IMG/VR virus record: IMGVR_UViG_3300012667_000485
Location: 1 to 42,332 of that record
Direction: 5' to 3' (one strand)
DNA from: a virus
Taxonomy: Duplodnaviria; Caudoviricetes
DNA: 42,332 nucleotides
Shown one piece after another: positions 23,573 to 33,581 of the stretch (position 1 is the stretch's first letter; every line of letters begins with the position of its first letter). The translations under genes and the position numbers were made by a program. The notes beneath the pieces were generated by a model that worked only from the letters and a program-made list of their open reading frames with translations, was not told the DNA's origin and did not search any database.

Positions 23573-25043
23573 AGGACTAAATTATACACCTCAGTACAAG
23601 TTTTCACCGAACGGGTTTAATCCTCTGTTTTGGCATATCCTTGCAGCTTTAAGAGATAGCAGCATTAGACACATATTTGTTGAGGGTGGCGGTGGTGCTG
23701 CGAAAACATATAGTATCTGTCAGGCAATACTAATAGATGGTTTTGTAAATGAATATTCTACACTTGTATTTAGGCGGCAACTGGTTGATGTGAGAGATAG
23801 TATTTATGCAGCATTTAAGAAGTCAAGCAGGGGATTAGAATTAGACTACTACGATTACCAGCAACATCTATTTAAAGGTAAAGACGATAAGAGTAATATT
23901 CGTTTCCGTGGGCTTGATGACGAAGAGAGTATAAAAGGTATAGAAGACTTTAATGTAGTTTACTTTAATGAGTTCAACCAGTTTGAGGAAACACTACACG
24001 ACCAAGCTAACATACGATTGAGAGGTAAAGAAAACCAAAAGTTAGTATATGACTGGAATCCAGTTAGTAGCAAGCTATGGCAATATACCAACCTAATTGA
24101 CCAAGATGCATGGGAAGAATTGCCATTGCATATAGAAGGTAGGGCAGGTAGTGAGTTGAACAAAGAATACTCATTTAAGCGCATCAACAAAGCGAAAGAT
24201 ACCATTTGGATTAAGACAACGTATCGGGATAATCATTGGATAGTTGGTAGACCGTCAGGCGGTGGATATGTCGATGTGCATACGCTTGCCAACTTTGAGA
24301 ACATGCGAGAAAAGAAGCCCAACCTATATAGGATATACGCCAATGGTGAGCGTGGTATTATCCGTACTGGTGGCGGTTTTTGGAAATCATTTGATGAGGA
24401 TAGGCATATTGGTAATGTACGGGTAAATATAAAAAATACTATTCACATAAGTTGTGACCAAAACGTAGTTCCATACGTTACATTATCGTTTTGGCAAATA
24501 GAAGGTAAACACTTGATGCAGGTACATGAATTGCCATGTAAAGAACCGCACAATAATGCGCCTAAATCAGCAAAGCAGACTGTAAAATGGTTAGATAGTA
24601 TTGGTTATGAAGATGTAGTATATGTATATGGCGACCCTAGCGGAAACAATCGTAGTGTAGTAGATGAAAATAGTAGTAGCTTTTTTGATAGGTACTTACG
24701 TGAGTTAAGAGATGCAGGCTACCATGTAGTAAATCGGGTACAACCTTCGCACCCATCTGTATCTTTGTCGGCTGCATTTATTAATGAGATTTACGAAAGC
24801 GAGTATTTAGGGTATAGAATTACTATATCTGATAGGTGCATAACTTCTACCGATGACTACGCCAATGCCAAAGAAGATGATGACGGTAAAATGTTAAAGA
24901 CAAAGATTAAAGACAAAGTAACAGGGCAAACATACGAGCCTGTAGGTCACTTTTCAGATACAAAGCGGTATTTTATCACATCTATACTCAAAACAGACTT
25001 TAAGCAGTTCGCATCTAAGAAATCTAAACTTTGGATTAGTTAA
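23565..25043 (+). CDS. terL: Terminase large subunit
   Basis: Walker A VEGGGGAAKT, FRGLDDEESIKG, Walker B VYFNE, DWNP, TTYRDN, nuclease YGDPSG and GHFSDTKRY; TTG start. Confidence 0.92.
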   Translation: MSKGLNYTPQYKFSPNGFNPLFWHILAALRDSSIRHIFVEGGGGAAKTYSICQAILIDGFVNEYSTLVFRRQLVDVRDSIYAAFKKSSRGLELDYYDYQQHLFKGKDDKSNIRFRGLDDEESIKGIEDFNVVYFNEFNQFEETLHDQANIRLRGKENQKLVYDWNPVSSKLWQYTNLIDQDAWEELPLHIEGRAGSELNKEYSFKRINKAKDTIWIKTTYRDNHWIVGRPSGGGYVDVHTLANFENMREKKPNLYRIYANGERGIIRTGGGFWKSFDEDRHIGNVRVNIKNTIHISCDQNVVPYVTLSFWQIEGKHLMQVHELPCKEPHNNAPKSAKQTVKWLDSIGYEDVVYVYGDPSGNNRSVVDENSSSFFDRYLRELRDAGYHVVNRVQPSHPSVSLSAAFINEIYESEYLGYRITISDRCITSTDDYANAKEDDDGKMLKTKIKDKVTGQTYEPVGHFSDTKRYFITSILKTDFKQFASKKSKLWIS

Positions 25044-25063
25044 TTATAGTTATATTTGCACGT

Positions 25064-26797
25064 ATGAGTTATGATTTAAACGAGATAGGCAAGATAATAG
25101 TAAGACCTAGAAACAAGGCAAATATTGACTACGGGAAAGAAGTGAACCGAGAGTTAATGATGCATGTACATGGTATTGGTATGAGTGCTGCACTAAAGAC
25201 GCTTGAACCGTTTGAAAACGAAGACATAGCATCTACTAGACGCACATACGCAGTGTCTAGTAAAGACTTATTTAAGCGGCTGTTACGTGAAGAACAGCAA
25301 GTATTTACCACTAAAGGCGGCAGTATATCATATACTAATAGCAAGACAAAAGAAAAGAAGCTGATAGACTCAATGTCTAAATTTGGTGGTGGTATTGGGT
25401 TGCGTAGGTGGGTTGAAACGTTCGCAAAACCTGCATTTGATACCGACCCTATGGGCTTGGTATATATGGAAATATCAGACAATAACGAAGCACCTGAGAT
25501 CGGAGAGAGCAAAAAAGTATATCCAACCTATAAGCGTATAACCTGCATACATGACTATTATTCAGAAGGCAGGGAATTAGAATATGTATGCTTTAATATT
25601 GAGAAACATGAACTACATGAGTATGGGATAAGCGAGAGAGAAGGTGAGGCTAACAAATATTACAGGTTTGTAGATGATGAATTTGATAGGGTGGTATATG
25701 TAGTTAATGAGATTGCTATATTAGCCCCAATGCGTGAAGGTTACTATGCAGAGATACCTAATGTGTTTGGGAAAGTGCCTGCTATTATCCTATCTGATAT
25801 GGTGCAGTATTGGGATACTGGTAAGTACGAAAGTAGGCTGCAAGTACTATCACAACTGGGAGATTGTTTTTTACGTGATAGGTCAATACGTGACCTACAA
25901 AAGTTATATCATGGGTTTGCTAAGGCTGTAGAGCCTATGATAAAGTGCAATACTTGTGACGGTGAAGGTGTGGTAAAAGGGCTACCTTGCCCCGATTGTA
26001 GTGTAGCTGGTGCAGATAGAGGTATGGGATATAAAACACGTACACGTATATCCGATGTGGCACGTTTCCCACTTGATATACTTAATGAAGCTGGTGGGTT
26101 TGACTTTAAAAAGTTGTTCGGTTATGTAACTCCCGATATTGCGTCATGGCAGCAACAAAACAGTGATTTAGCTAGTTTAGAGCAACTTATGTACATAACG
26201 CATTACGGCACTATGAGTAATGCAACAGTGCAAGGTATTAATGGCAAACAACCAGTAGATGAAACAGCTACTAAGACACTGATGGACACGCTACCAAAGC
26301 AAATGGTATTAAATAACCTTGCTGATTGGGCGGAGAAAATAGAAACGTGGGTGGCTAATATGTCAGCTATGTTTATGTTTTCTGAACAAGAGCCGTCAGT
26401 TAGCATTACATATGGGCGTGACTACATATTAAATACACCCGAGCAGATACTAGAGGTCTATCACGAAATGAAAAAGAACGGAGACCCCGTATCAACACTA
26501 AATGAAATGATGGTTAAATACATCAAATCATTGTACAAGGGTAGCCCACAAAAGCAAGCGGTTGAGTTAAAGAAGTTCGCTATTGAGCCGTTCCCACACA
26601 TGGCAACTAAGGACATTGAAGCAAGTTCATTTGTAAGCGAACTAGACAAAAAGCGCACAAGATACTTTGTAGAGTGGGCTAAAACAATCAGTTATGAAGG
26701 TTGGCTGACTAGCAGTGAAGATGAACTGAAAAAATCATTAACCGAATATGTAAATAATATCGTACTTTTACCGATACAAAACGAAACAATAGCATGA
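25064..26797 (+). CDS. Portal protein with DnaJ-like zinc-finger insertion
   Basis: Position after terL, 577 aa, helical; CNTCDGEG...CPDC insert; ETATK and ITYGRDY segments. Confidence 0.8.
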   Translation: MSYDLNEIGKIIVRPRNKANIDYGKEVNRELMMHVHGIGMSAALKTLEPFENEDIASTRRTYAVSSKDLFKRLLREEQQVFTTKGGSISYTNSKTKEKKLIDSMSKFGGGIGLRRWVETFAKPAFDTDPMGLVYMEISDNNEAPEIGESKKVYPTYKRITCIHDYYSEGRELEYVCFNIEKHELHEYGISEREGEANKYYRFVDDEFDRVVYVVNEIAILAPMREGYYAEIPNVFGKVPAIILSDMVQYWDTGKYESRLQVLSQLGDCFLRDRSIRDLQKLYHGFAKAVEPMIKCNTCDGEGVVKGLPCPDCSVAGADRGMGYKTRTRISDVARFPLDILNEAGGFDFKKLFGYVTPDIASWQQQNSDLASLEQLMYITHYGTMSNATVQGINGKQPVDETATKTLMDTLPKQMVLNNLADWAEKIETWVANMSAMFMFSEQEPSVSITYGRDYILNTPEQILEVYHEMKKNGDPVSTLNEMMVKYIKSLYKGSPQKQAVELKKFAIEPFPHMATKDIEASSFVSELDKKRTRYFVEWAKTISYEGWLTSSEDELKKSLTEYVNNIVLLPIQNETIA

Positions 26798-27330
26798 GAG
26801 ACACCGTAACACAGTTTAACTTTCCTAAAAAGGACAAGGCTAGTATTATCCCAACGTATCAAAAACCACCGACACGCAAGGGGCAAGAACACACCGAATT
26901 TGATTATGCTGATTTGGTAGGTGAGGAGTTTATGAAGTATTGCCAAATGGTAGAAGGCGACATAAGAGAACTACAAGAGTTCCAAATCGCACTGAGAATG
27001 AACAACGGCAAACTATCACTGAATAAAGAATACCAATTTGACATATACTATGCTTATCCTGTAGTTATGCGTATTGATAGCAAAGACCCTAAGTCGATGA
27101 AGATAGTTGCAGGTATTCAGCTAAAAGACGGTAAGGCGGTTAGGACTAAAACAAGAATGACGCTCAAAATGGCACTTACGATTAATAGAAATATATCATT
27201 TGGTTCGTCTAATGCACCAGTTGAATATTTACTGCTTAATCAAAGTGTAGATATATTTGAGGTGGCGAAAACAAAACCAAACACTAACCAAAACACAAAC
27301 ACAGATGATACCACAGGAACAGATAAGTAA
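26794..27330 (+). CDS. Hypothetical head-module protein
   Basis: ATGA-coupled to portal. Confidence 0.7.
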   Translation: MRDTVTQFNFPKKDKASIIPTYQKPPTRKGQEHTEFDYADLVGEEFMKYCQMVEGDIRELQEFQIALRMNNGKLSLNKEYQFDIYYAYPVVMRIDSKDPKSMKIVAGIQLKDGKAVRTKTRMTLKMALTINRNISFGSSNAPVEYLLLNQSVDIFEVAKTKPNTNQNTNTDDTTGTDK

Positions 27331-28117
27331 ACTTAAAGAAATTGGTATTGATGTAGATGCTATAGTAGCAGCACATACCAGCGATAAAGAAACAGCTATA
27401 ACGTTGCCGACTGGTGCGTTTCTATCAGATGCGCAGCTTGCCGAGCGTGACAGCGTAAAGATAAAAGAAGGTGAAAGCAAATCGCTAGACATAGCTAAGA
27501 AAGAATTTGCTAAGGCTGGTCTAGCTGTTACAGGCAGCAGGTTTGGTGATGTGGTAAAGGAAATACAGTCGCAAATTAACTCTACCAACGATGACAAAGT
27601 AAAGGCACTTACAGAGCAGGTAACGCTACTGAGTACAGATGTCAACAAATATAAAACAGAGGCGGAAACAGAACGTGCAAATCGTTCGCTATTTGAGTTT
27701 GAAACAAGGATAGTCACCAATATGCCAAAGCCCGAAAACGGACTTACACAAAAAGAAGTGTATGAGGTTGCTAAATTACGTGGATATACCCCAAAAGATG
27801 TAGATGGTGCGATAGTATGGGAGAAAGACGGTAAACTTATATCTGACAAAACAACTCATGCACCACTTAAAAATGAAGCGGGAATCAGCGAAGTGTTTAG
27901 TTTGTTGGGATTTGCAACACCAGCAGCTAATAACGGTGGGAAACCAGCAGGTAGAGGCATTGGGCAAGGTTCTGCAAGCGAAAGCATTAAAACAATGAGC
28001 GAGGCGAAAAAGAAATTTGCAGAGCAAAACCCCAATGAAAACTTGTTAGGCACTAAGTTCCAGTCTTACTTGCAAGAGATTACCAAAGCCGACCCATCAT
28101 TTGACTATGTAAATTAA
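27305..28117 (+). CDS. Probable capsid scaffolding protein
   Basis: Coiled-coil, Lys/Glu-rich, Gly-rich linker near the C-terminus; precedes the capsid gene. Confidence 0.65.
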   Translation: MIPQEQISKLKEIGIDVDAIVAAHTSDKETAITLPTGAFLSDAQLAERDSVKIKEGESKSLDIAKKEFAKAGLAVTGSRFGDVVKEIQSQINSTNDDKVKALTEQVTLLSTDVNKYKTEAETERANRSLFEFETRIVTNMPKPENGLTQKEVYEVAKLRGYTPKDVDGAIVWEKDGKLISDKTTHAPLKNEAGISEVFSLLGFATPAANNGGKPAGRGIGQGSASESIKTMSEAKKKFAEQNPNENLLGTKFQSYLQEITKADPSFDYVN

Positions 28118-28139
28118 GTTCACAATTTTAATATGTAAC

Positions 28140-28178
28140 ATGGGAAAGGGTAAAAAGAAAAAGGGTAAAATGTGCTAA
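28140..28178 (+). CDS. Possible 12-aa Lys-rich micropeptide MGKGKKKKGKMC
   Basis: Complete small ORF between the scaffold stop and a terminator. Confidence 0.35.
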   Translation: MGKGKKKKGKMC

Positions 28179-28185
28179 ATGCACC

Positions 28186-28215
28186 AGCCACTACTTAACT
28201 GTAGTGGCTTTTTTT
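28186..28215 (+). terminator. Intrinsic terminator
   Basis: AGCCACTAC-TTAACT-GTAGTGGCT followed by a T-run. Confidence 0.85.
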
Positions 28216-28253
28216 ATTCCATTAATCGGAAATTTCCACAATTCGGAAAATAA

Positions 28254-28287
28254 ATTTGGTTGTATCGAATTTGTTTATTTACCTTTA
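28254..28287 (+). promoter_or_regulatory. Promoter for the major capsid operon
   Basis: ATTTGG, 20 bp spacer, TACCTTTA. Confidence 0.55.
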
Positions 28288-28415
28288 CACTGTTATAGGG
28301 ATTATAACAATGTAACAGGAGTTACTACCACCTAGTAAGCAGCTAATTAAATCAATGGATTTGGTTAATTAGGTTCGCAAATAAACAACATTCGTAACAA
28401 CATAAATTTATAATA

Positions 28416-29483
28416 ATGTCAGATTATGCATTATCGGTGATAGCCAAAGGGCAATCACTCATCGTAGAAAGACGTAATAAATTCGAGCAAAGAAAACAAA
28501 TGCCGAATGTTTTACGCATGGCACTCAACAACGGAGATTATGGTATTCCAAACGTGGTACAACTCCGCACATCGCCACTTCGTGAAGTTGAAACAATCTA
28601 TTTTAAAGCCGTTCCTAATGGCTCAACAACCGTAAAGGCTTATAATCACACTGGTGACTATGGCGATACAGGTAAAACAACTGTTACCTACTATCAGATT
28701 GTTGAGAAAATAGGTATGCCGCTTAAATTAGGTGCAAACAACTTTCTGACAAACGCTACTATGTTTGCCAATTTGTATGAAAACAAATGTAAGGCAATAG
28801 TTGACCGCCATGAAAACATTGCACTTGCAAGGGCTATAGCTTTCAGAAATCAGCTAGACGAAACAACAATGAACGCCCGTCTTGCTGCGGCTGGTTTGAC
28901 ATGGGATGGTACTAACTTTGGTATTCCAATATCTTCAGACGATACACCGCTATTTATTGCTAAGTCTAAGTCAGCAATGGAAGCTATGTTCTTGAACTAT
29001 GCGGAAGGGTACGATGTAATTACCGACCTGCAATCAAGTGTTTCGTTTGAAAACTACATGAATCAGGGGACTGGTAACTTCTCTAATACATCATGGCAGT
29101 TCAGTGATTGCAACTTCTACAAAACACAGCAGGTTATAAATTCAGCATTTGGCAAAGGTTCTACCTTGTTTATGCCTCGTGGTGCATTTGGTGCGTTCTA
29201 CTGGAATGAGCAATTAAACCTACAGGGTTTAACAGAAGACAGAGGCGGTTCAATCGGTACATTTGGCACTCAGGCAGACCCATTCGGCATAGGCATAACA
29301 TTTGACTTGTCAACCTACATGCAACGTGCTGATACATCGTCTAATGCTACTGGCGGTTCTACGGAAGATGTGGTAATGCAAGTTGAGATTACCGCAACTA
29401 TAGGATATGTAACAGACCCAAGTTCAACAGAGAATGACAGTCCAATCATATTGATAGGTCAAAACTCAACAATAGGCGCATAA
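28416..29483 (+). CDS. Major capsid protein
   Basis: 355 aa, follows scaffold and its own promoter, precedes neck and tail genes; positional call. Confidence 0.7.
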   Translation: MSDYALSVIAKGQSLIVERRNKFEQRKQMPNVLRMALNNGDYGIPNVVQLRTSPLREVETIYFKAVPNGSTTVKAYNHTGDYGDTGKTTVTYYQIVEKIGMPLKLGANNFLTNATMFANLYENKCKAIVDRHENIALARAIAFRNQLDETTMNARLAAAGLTWDGTNFGIPISSDDTPLFIAKSKSAMEAMFLNYAEGYDVITDLQSSVSFENYMNQGTGNFSNTSWQFSDCNFYKTQQVINSAFGKGSTLFMPRGAFGAFYWNEQLNLQGLTEDRGGSIGTFGTQADPFGIGITFDLSTYMQRADTSSNATGGSTEDVVMQVEITATIGYVTDPSSTENDSPIILIGQNSTIGA

Positions 29484-29510
29484 TATTACTAACAACGTAA
29501 AAACGATAAA

Positions 29511-30029
29511 ATGAAACATCTATTTTTAATGGTGGTAGCTGCAATAGGACTATCTACCACCTCAATAGCCCAAACGGGGTACACAAGTACTACAATGGGT
29601 ATCATTACACCGCAAGGCGTATCAAAGACAAGAGATACGTTGTCTAATGGTGATACGGGGATTTTGTTTATTTGGGTTGGTACAGCCTACGAAAAGTCAT
29701 TTGAAATGCTTACCACTACTTTAACTGGTACAGTTGCAACAACTTCAAATATACTTTACGGCTACAATAACAACGGGCAAAAGCTAACAGCATCAGCAGC
29801 CGCTACACTAGCTAGAAGCGGTGGTGCTTATGCTATCACAGGTAACACTACCTATTGTGCTGGTTGTGTCGGGGCTGCATCTACAACAGTGCCAGGCGCA
29901 TCTAAACTGTACACATGGCAAGTGCCTAGTAATGTAGGTGCATTGTACGACAATTATTTTATCCGTACAATCCAAACAGGTACAGCTACAGCAACTTATA
30001 CAGGTAAAGCAATTACACAAAAGCCATAA
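29511..30029 (+). CDS. Thr-rich protein with predicted Sec signal peptide
   Basis: MKHLFLMVVAAIGLSTTSIA|Q: basic n-region, hydrophobic h-region, S-x-A cleavage site, +1 Gln. Confidence 0.8.
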   Translation: MKHLFLMVVAAIGLSTTSIAQTGYTSTTMGIITPQGVSKTRDTLSNGDTGILFIWVGTAYEKSFEMLTTTLTGTVATTSNILYGYNNNGQKLTASAAATLARSGGAYAITGNTTYCAGCVGAASTTVPGASKLYTWQVPSNVGALYDNYFIRTIQTGTATATYTGKAITQKP

Positions 30030-30038
30030 CTAAACGGT

Positions 30039-31445
30039 ATGCCATTAAGTCCAATCATAGGGTCAGATTTTGTAAGTGTGGGATATACAACCACACTTAC
30101 AATTAATGCAACTGGTGGGGTGTGGAGTAGCACAGATGAAAATGTAGCTACTGTATCATCTGCTGGTGTGGTGCGTGGGGTAAATCTCGGTACTGCTATG
30201 ATTGTATATACATTGGGTTCTGATGTGTCAAGTAAAAGCCTAAACGTAAATCCCGTAAGACTTACAAATGGGTTTAATCTTGATAGGATTTTACCAGCGT
30301 TTAGGCAGCGTATAGGGTGGCATCAGCCATTAAACACCGACAAGCCAACGTTATCGGAACTAAACAAAAAGTCTACATCGGGCAGGTACTATGATAGAGG
30401 GTTTCACAAAGCCGTAACTGTTATGAACGTTTACGATACTCAGGAAACAACCAATATAACAGACGACCAGTTTAATGACTATTTGATACAAGAAGATGAC
30501 GCATGTACTGTTAGGGTATTACAATCCGTTTTCGATAAGCCAACCTTTATAGAGCATAAACCAAACTATACAAGATACGGCAATATTACACCATACAATA
30601 TACCTAATCAAGGTATGTGGTGTGGGTATCGGTTAAATGTTGCCACTGGTGACTATGCAGCCGTAATAAACAGTATCTCATTGTATTTTAGCGATGTAGC
30701 TACTTTTAATATCTATTTGTTTAATGACATACTGTTAGAACCAGTGTACACAAAACAAGTAACAACGGTAGCTAACAACCAAACTAGGATACAATTAGAG
30801 TGGTTGATGAACTATGTAGATAGCAGCGACAACGGTGGTAACACTAACGGAAACATTGGCGGTGTGTGGTATTTAGTGTATAATCAAGCAGAAGTAGCAG
30901 CAAGTAACCCAAATTGCCAAGCAATAGACGAACAGTTGAATGTATGGACTATGGGTAAAGTGTTAGGGGCTTTCCCGATACAAGCCAAACAAGATGGAAC
31001 TTTCACATACAACCGTACTAGCCTATCTGTAAACTTTAGAAGTTACGGGATTAACATAGAGTATTCGTGTTATCGTGACTACACCCAAAAGATTATACAG
31101 AACGAGCAAATGTTTGATGAGGCGAGAGGTTTAATGATGGCTGTAAATGTGTGTGAGGGTATTTTGAATGGCACAAGGGCTAACGGAGAAAGTAGGCAGA
31201 TGTATGACAACTTGCAAGGGCTTAAACTTGATTTGGATTTAGCTTTCCCAACAGAAGAACGACCATTTACAACAGGGCTTAAAGGCAGATTGGCAAAAGA
31301 GATTAAGCACGTTAGCGGAGGGTTTGTGCCAAGATTGAAAGCTACATCAGTACCAATTACAGGCACTAGAGGAGTTGATGTGTGGGCTAATTACTATCAA
31401 GGGTTTGACATTAGAGCGTTACCACCTAGAAACTGGATGACATAA
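30039..31445 (+). CDS. Head-tail adaptor/neck-region protein with N-terminal Ig-like (Big_2) domain
   Basis: VGYTTTLT...WSSTDENVATVSSAGVVRGVNLGTAMIVY; position after the capsid gene. Confidence 0.65.
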   Translation: MPLSPIIGSDFVSVGYTTTLTINATGGVWSSTDENVATVSSAGVVRGVNLGTAMIVYTLGSDVSSKSLNVNPVRLTNGFNLDRILPAFRQRIGWHQPLNTDKPTLSELNKKSTSGRYYDRGFHKAVTVMNVYDTQETTNITDDQFNDYLIQEDDACTVRVLQSVFDKPTFIEHKPNYTRYGNITPYNIPNQGMWCGYRLNVATGDYAAVINSISLYFSDVATFNIYLFNDILLEPVYTKQVTTVANNQTRIQLEWLMNYVDSSDNGGNTNGNIGGVWYLVYNQAEVAASNPNCQAIDEQLNVWTMGKVLGAFPIQAKQDGTFTYNRTSLSVNFRSYGINIEYSCYRDYTQKIIQNEQMFDEARGLMMAVNVCEGILNGTRANGESRQMYDNLQGLKLDLDLAFPTEERPFTTGLKGRLAKEIKHVSGGFVPRLKATSVPITGTRGVDVWANYYQGFDIRALPPRNWMT

Positions 31446-31447
31446 AT

Positions 31448-32314
31448 ATGATACACTTAGTACCACAGCCAAACGGCATAGATTACCCTATTAGCAACTT
31501 ACAAACGTTGCTTTATGAAACATTTTATGTAATGTGGGGTGAAAGTGGTATGACTGGTGACAACTTTGATGTGTTCGGCAGAACGTACAGAAACAGCGTA
31601 CAAGATGGGTTTGTGCCACAGTGGTATAAGTCAGGTAAGGACTACAGTACTGATATGTTTTTTAATGACAAAAAAGCGGCTGTAATGTGGTTTGGGTTAA
31701 ATGACCCTACACAAGTTGAGTATGAGCGTTATGTGTACAATATCAGTTTGTATGTTATGGTTAATCTTGAAAAAGTGCGACCAATTAACGGCAATCAGAG
31801 AATGGACGAACGTGTTATACAAGATGTGTGTAACTTCTTAGTCCCTTCGTGGTATGGGTTTATAGTGAAAGCAGTTGTACGTGACATTGATAATGTGCTA
31901 AGTAAGTACAGCGGAAGTAAACGTAAATCGGCAACTACAGACACAAACCATCAACCGAAATGTTGCTTTAGAATTGACCTGCAAAATGCTATCGACATCA
32001 AAAACTATGACTGCATTAGAGATATACCAAGACCTCAATATTTTAACGCTATGACAGCACCGATTACATGCGTATTTAAAGATGTGCCAAATACTGCACT
32101 TACGCAAACATTGTGGAATGGTGTAAAAATACAGGTTGAATATCCTACAGGTAGTAGTGTGACGATACCGCATTTAGTAGGGCGTGATGTATTCCCTGAC
32201 CAACTGTATAACTGGACACCTCAATCATTGCCTTATGACGCAAGTACAGGAACGTTTACGTTTAACTTTCAAGACGGGGATATATTAAGAATACAGTACA
32301 ACGAAAATCAATAA
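31448..32314 (+). CDS. Putative neck/tail terminator protein
   Basis: Position immediately before the tail tube gene. Confidence 0.5.
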   Translation: MIHLVPQPNGIDYPISNLQTLLYETFYVMWGESGMTGDNFDVFGRTYRNSVQDGFVPQWYKSGKDYSTDMFFNDKKAAVMWFGLNDPTQVEYERYVYNISLYVMVNLEKVRPINGNQRMDERVIQDVCNFLVPSWYGFIVKAVVRDIDNVLSKYSGSKRKSATTDTNHQPKCCFRIDLQNAIDIKNYDCIRDIPRPQYFNAMTAPITCVFKDVPNTALTQTLWNGVKIQVEYPTGSSVTIPHLVGRDVFPDQLYNWTPQSLPYDASTGTFTFNFQDGDILRIQYNENQ

Positions 32315-32340
32315 TTAACTAACAATTTAAATCAATAACA

Positions 32341-33297
32341 ATGAGTGTAATAAACTTAGCAAACTGCAATAGTTCAACAAACATAGGGCTATCAGAATGC
32401 GTACTAAACAGGGGTATTTTCCGTTGGGCTATAGCAGTACCAAAGGGAACAAGTATTTCAGCGTCTACAGCGTCAAGTAACAGCGCATTTAATGCAGCCA
32501 TTACAGCACTGTTTAAAGACAATAGCAAAGCGAATAGGATATACCTATTGCCTTCATTTACAGCCGTTACAGACAATACAGGCGATGCAGTAACAGAGGC
32601 TCAAGGCAACTTTGAATTTGTTGTAGCGTCTAAGCCTTACAACTGGTCTTACCGTATGAATACGGACGATTGCACATATAAAAATGTGTATCAACTATTG
32701 CGTTTAAAGCAATCACAGTTTGACATCATATTTGTTGATGATAATGGCAATGTGTACGGTACTTTGGTGAATGGTACTGATTTCGGTGGTATTCCAATGG
32801 CTCAGATATTTACCCCTGACCCAACACAGAAAACAGACAGTGCAAACCCAATGTACATGATTAACTTCTTGTTGCAAAACAACGCAGATGTAATTGTAAA
32901 TAGTGCGGTAGTAGCGTCTAATTTCAGACCAAACCCAGCTACAATGGGATTGCTTGACGTGATACTTACAGAGGGTACAGTAGGCACTACATCAGCTACA
33001 GTGTTGTATGTTAAAGGTAACTTTGCATGTGGCGGTGGTAATATAGGTGACGCTTACGGTACAACGCTTAACGCTGGTGCTGCATGGAGCGTAGTTCCTG
33101 CGGCTGGTGGTTCTGCAATTGTTCCGTCAGGTGTGGCATACAGTACTACAACTGGTGAATATGCGTTGACAATTACAAGTACCCCTGCTACAGATTTGGT
33201 TGTAGGTTTGGCTAATCCGTCAGTACTTACCGCTACGCCTTACTTTGTGTATGCAATTACAGAGGCGGCTAATAAAGTCACAATTACAACACCGTAA
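32341..33297 (+). CDS. Putative major tail tube protein
   Basis: 318 aa, beta-rich with Ala/Thr-rich C-terminal extension; position. Confidence 0.65.
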   Translation: MSVINLANCNSSTNIGLSECVLNRGIFRWAIAVPKGTSISASTASSNSAFNAAITALFKDNSKANRIYLLPSFTAVTDNTGDAVTEAQGNFEFVVASKPYNWSYRMNTDDCTYKNVYQLLRLKQSQFDIIFVDDNGNVYGTLVNGTDFGGIPMAQIFTPDPTQKTDSANPMYMINFLLQNNADVIVNSAVVASNFRPNPATMGLLDVILTEGTVGTTSATVLYVKGNFACGGGNIGDAYGTTLNAGAAWSVVPAAGGSAIVPSGVAYSTTTGEYALTITSTPATDLVVGLANPSVLTATPYFVYAITEAANKVTITTP

Positions 33298-33299
33298 TT

Positions 33300-33512
33300 A
33301 TGAATGATACAGTAAGTATAGAAGGTTTTGGTTGGACTAAATCAGTCCACCAAACCTTTACCGAAAAGCAATTTGTCGATTTGTATAGTGGTGATGGTTA
33401 CGACCATATTTACCCATACATGACAAAAGAGCAAAAGAAGGCTGCACTTAGGCTCGCATATAAGGCATGTGTGCCAATACCACCGAAAAAAGTGAGTATA
33501 AGCGAGAAGTAG
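33300..33512 (+). CDS. Small tail-module protein
   Basis: 70-aa ORF after the tail tube gene, before a terminator. Confidence 0.6.
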   Translation: MNDTVSIEGFGWTKSVHQTFTEKQFVDLYSGDGYDHIYPYMTKEQKKAALRLAYKACVPIPPKKVSISEK

Positions 33513-33532
33513 CAGCTAAATATTTAGAATGA

Positions 33533-33566
33533 ATAACCCCAATGATGTATATTGTTGGGGTTATTT
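33533..33566 (+). terminator. Intrinsic terminator/hairpin
   Basis: AATAACCCCAA...TTGGGGTTATT. Confidence 0.75.
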
Positions 33567-33581
33567 GTATATTTGTAATTA

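Noticed and set aside
23680-23980. Deviant terminase motifs (GGGGAAKT, YFNE)
   Set aside because: The catalytic Lys-Thr and Glu are retained, and such variants are within normal terminase diversity.
27229-27849. Long minus-strand ORFs opposite structural genes (also 35028..35363, 25129..25512 and others)
   Set aside because: Antisense shadows of coiled-coil coding sequence with no promoter or recognisable motif.
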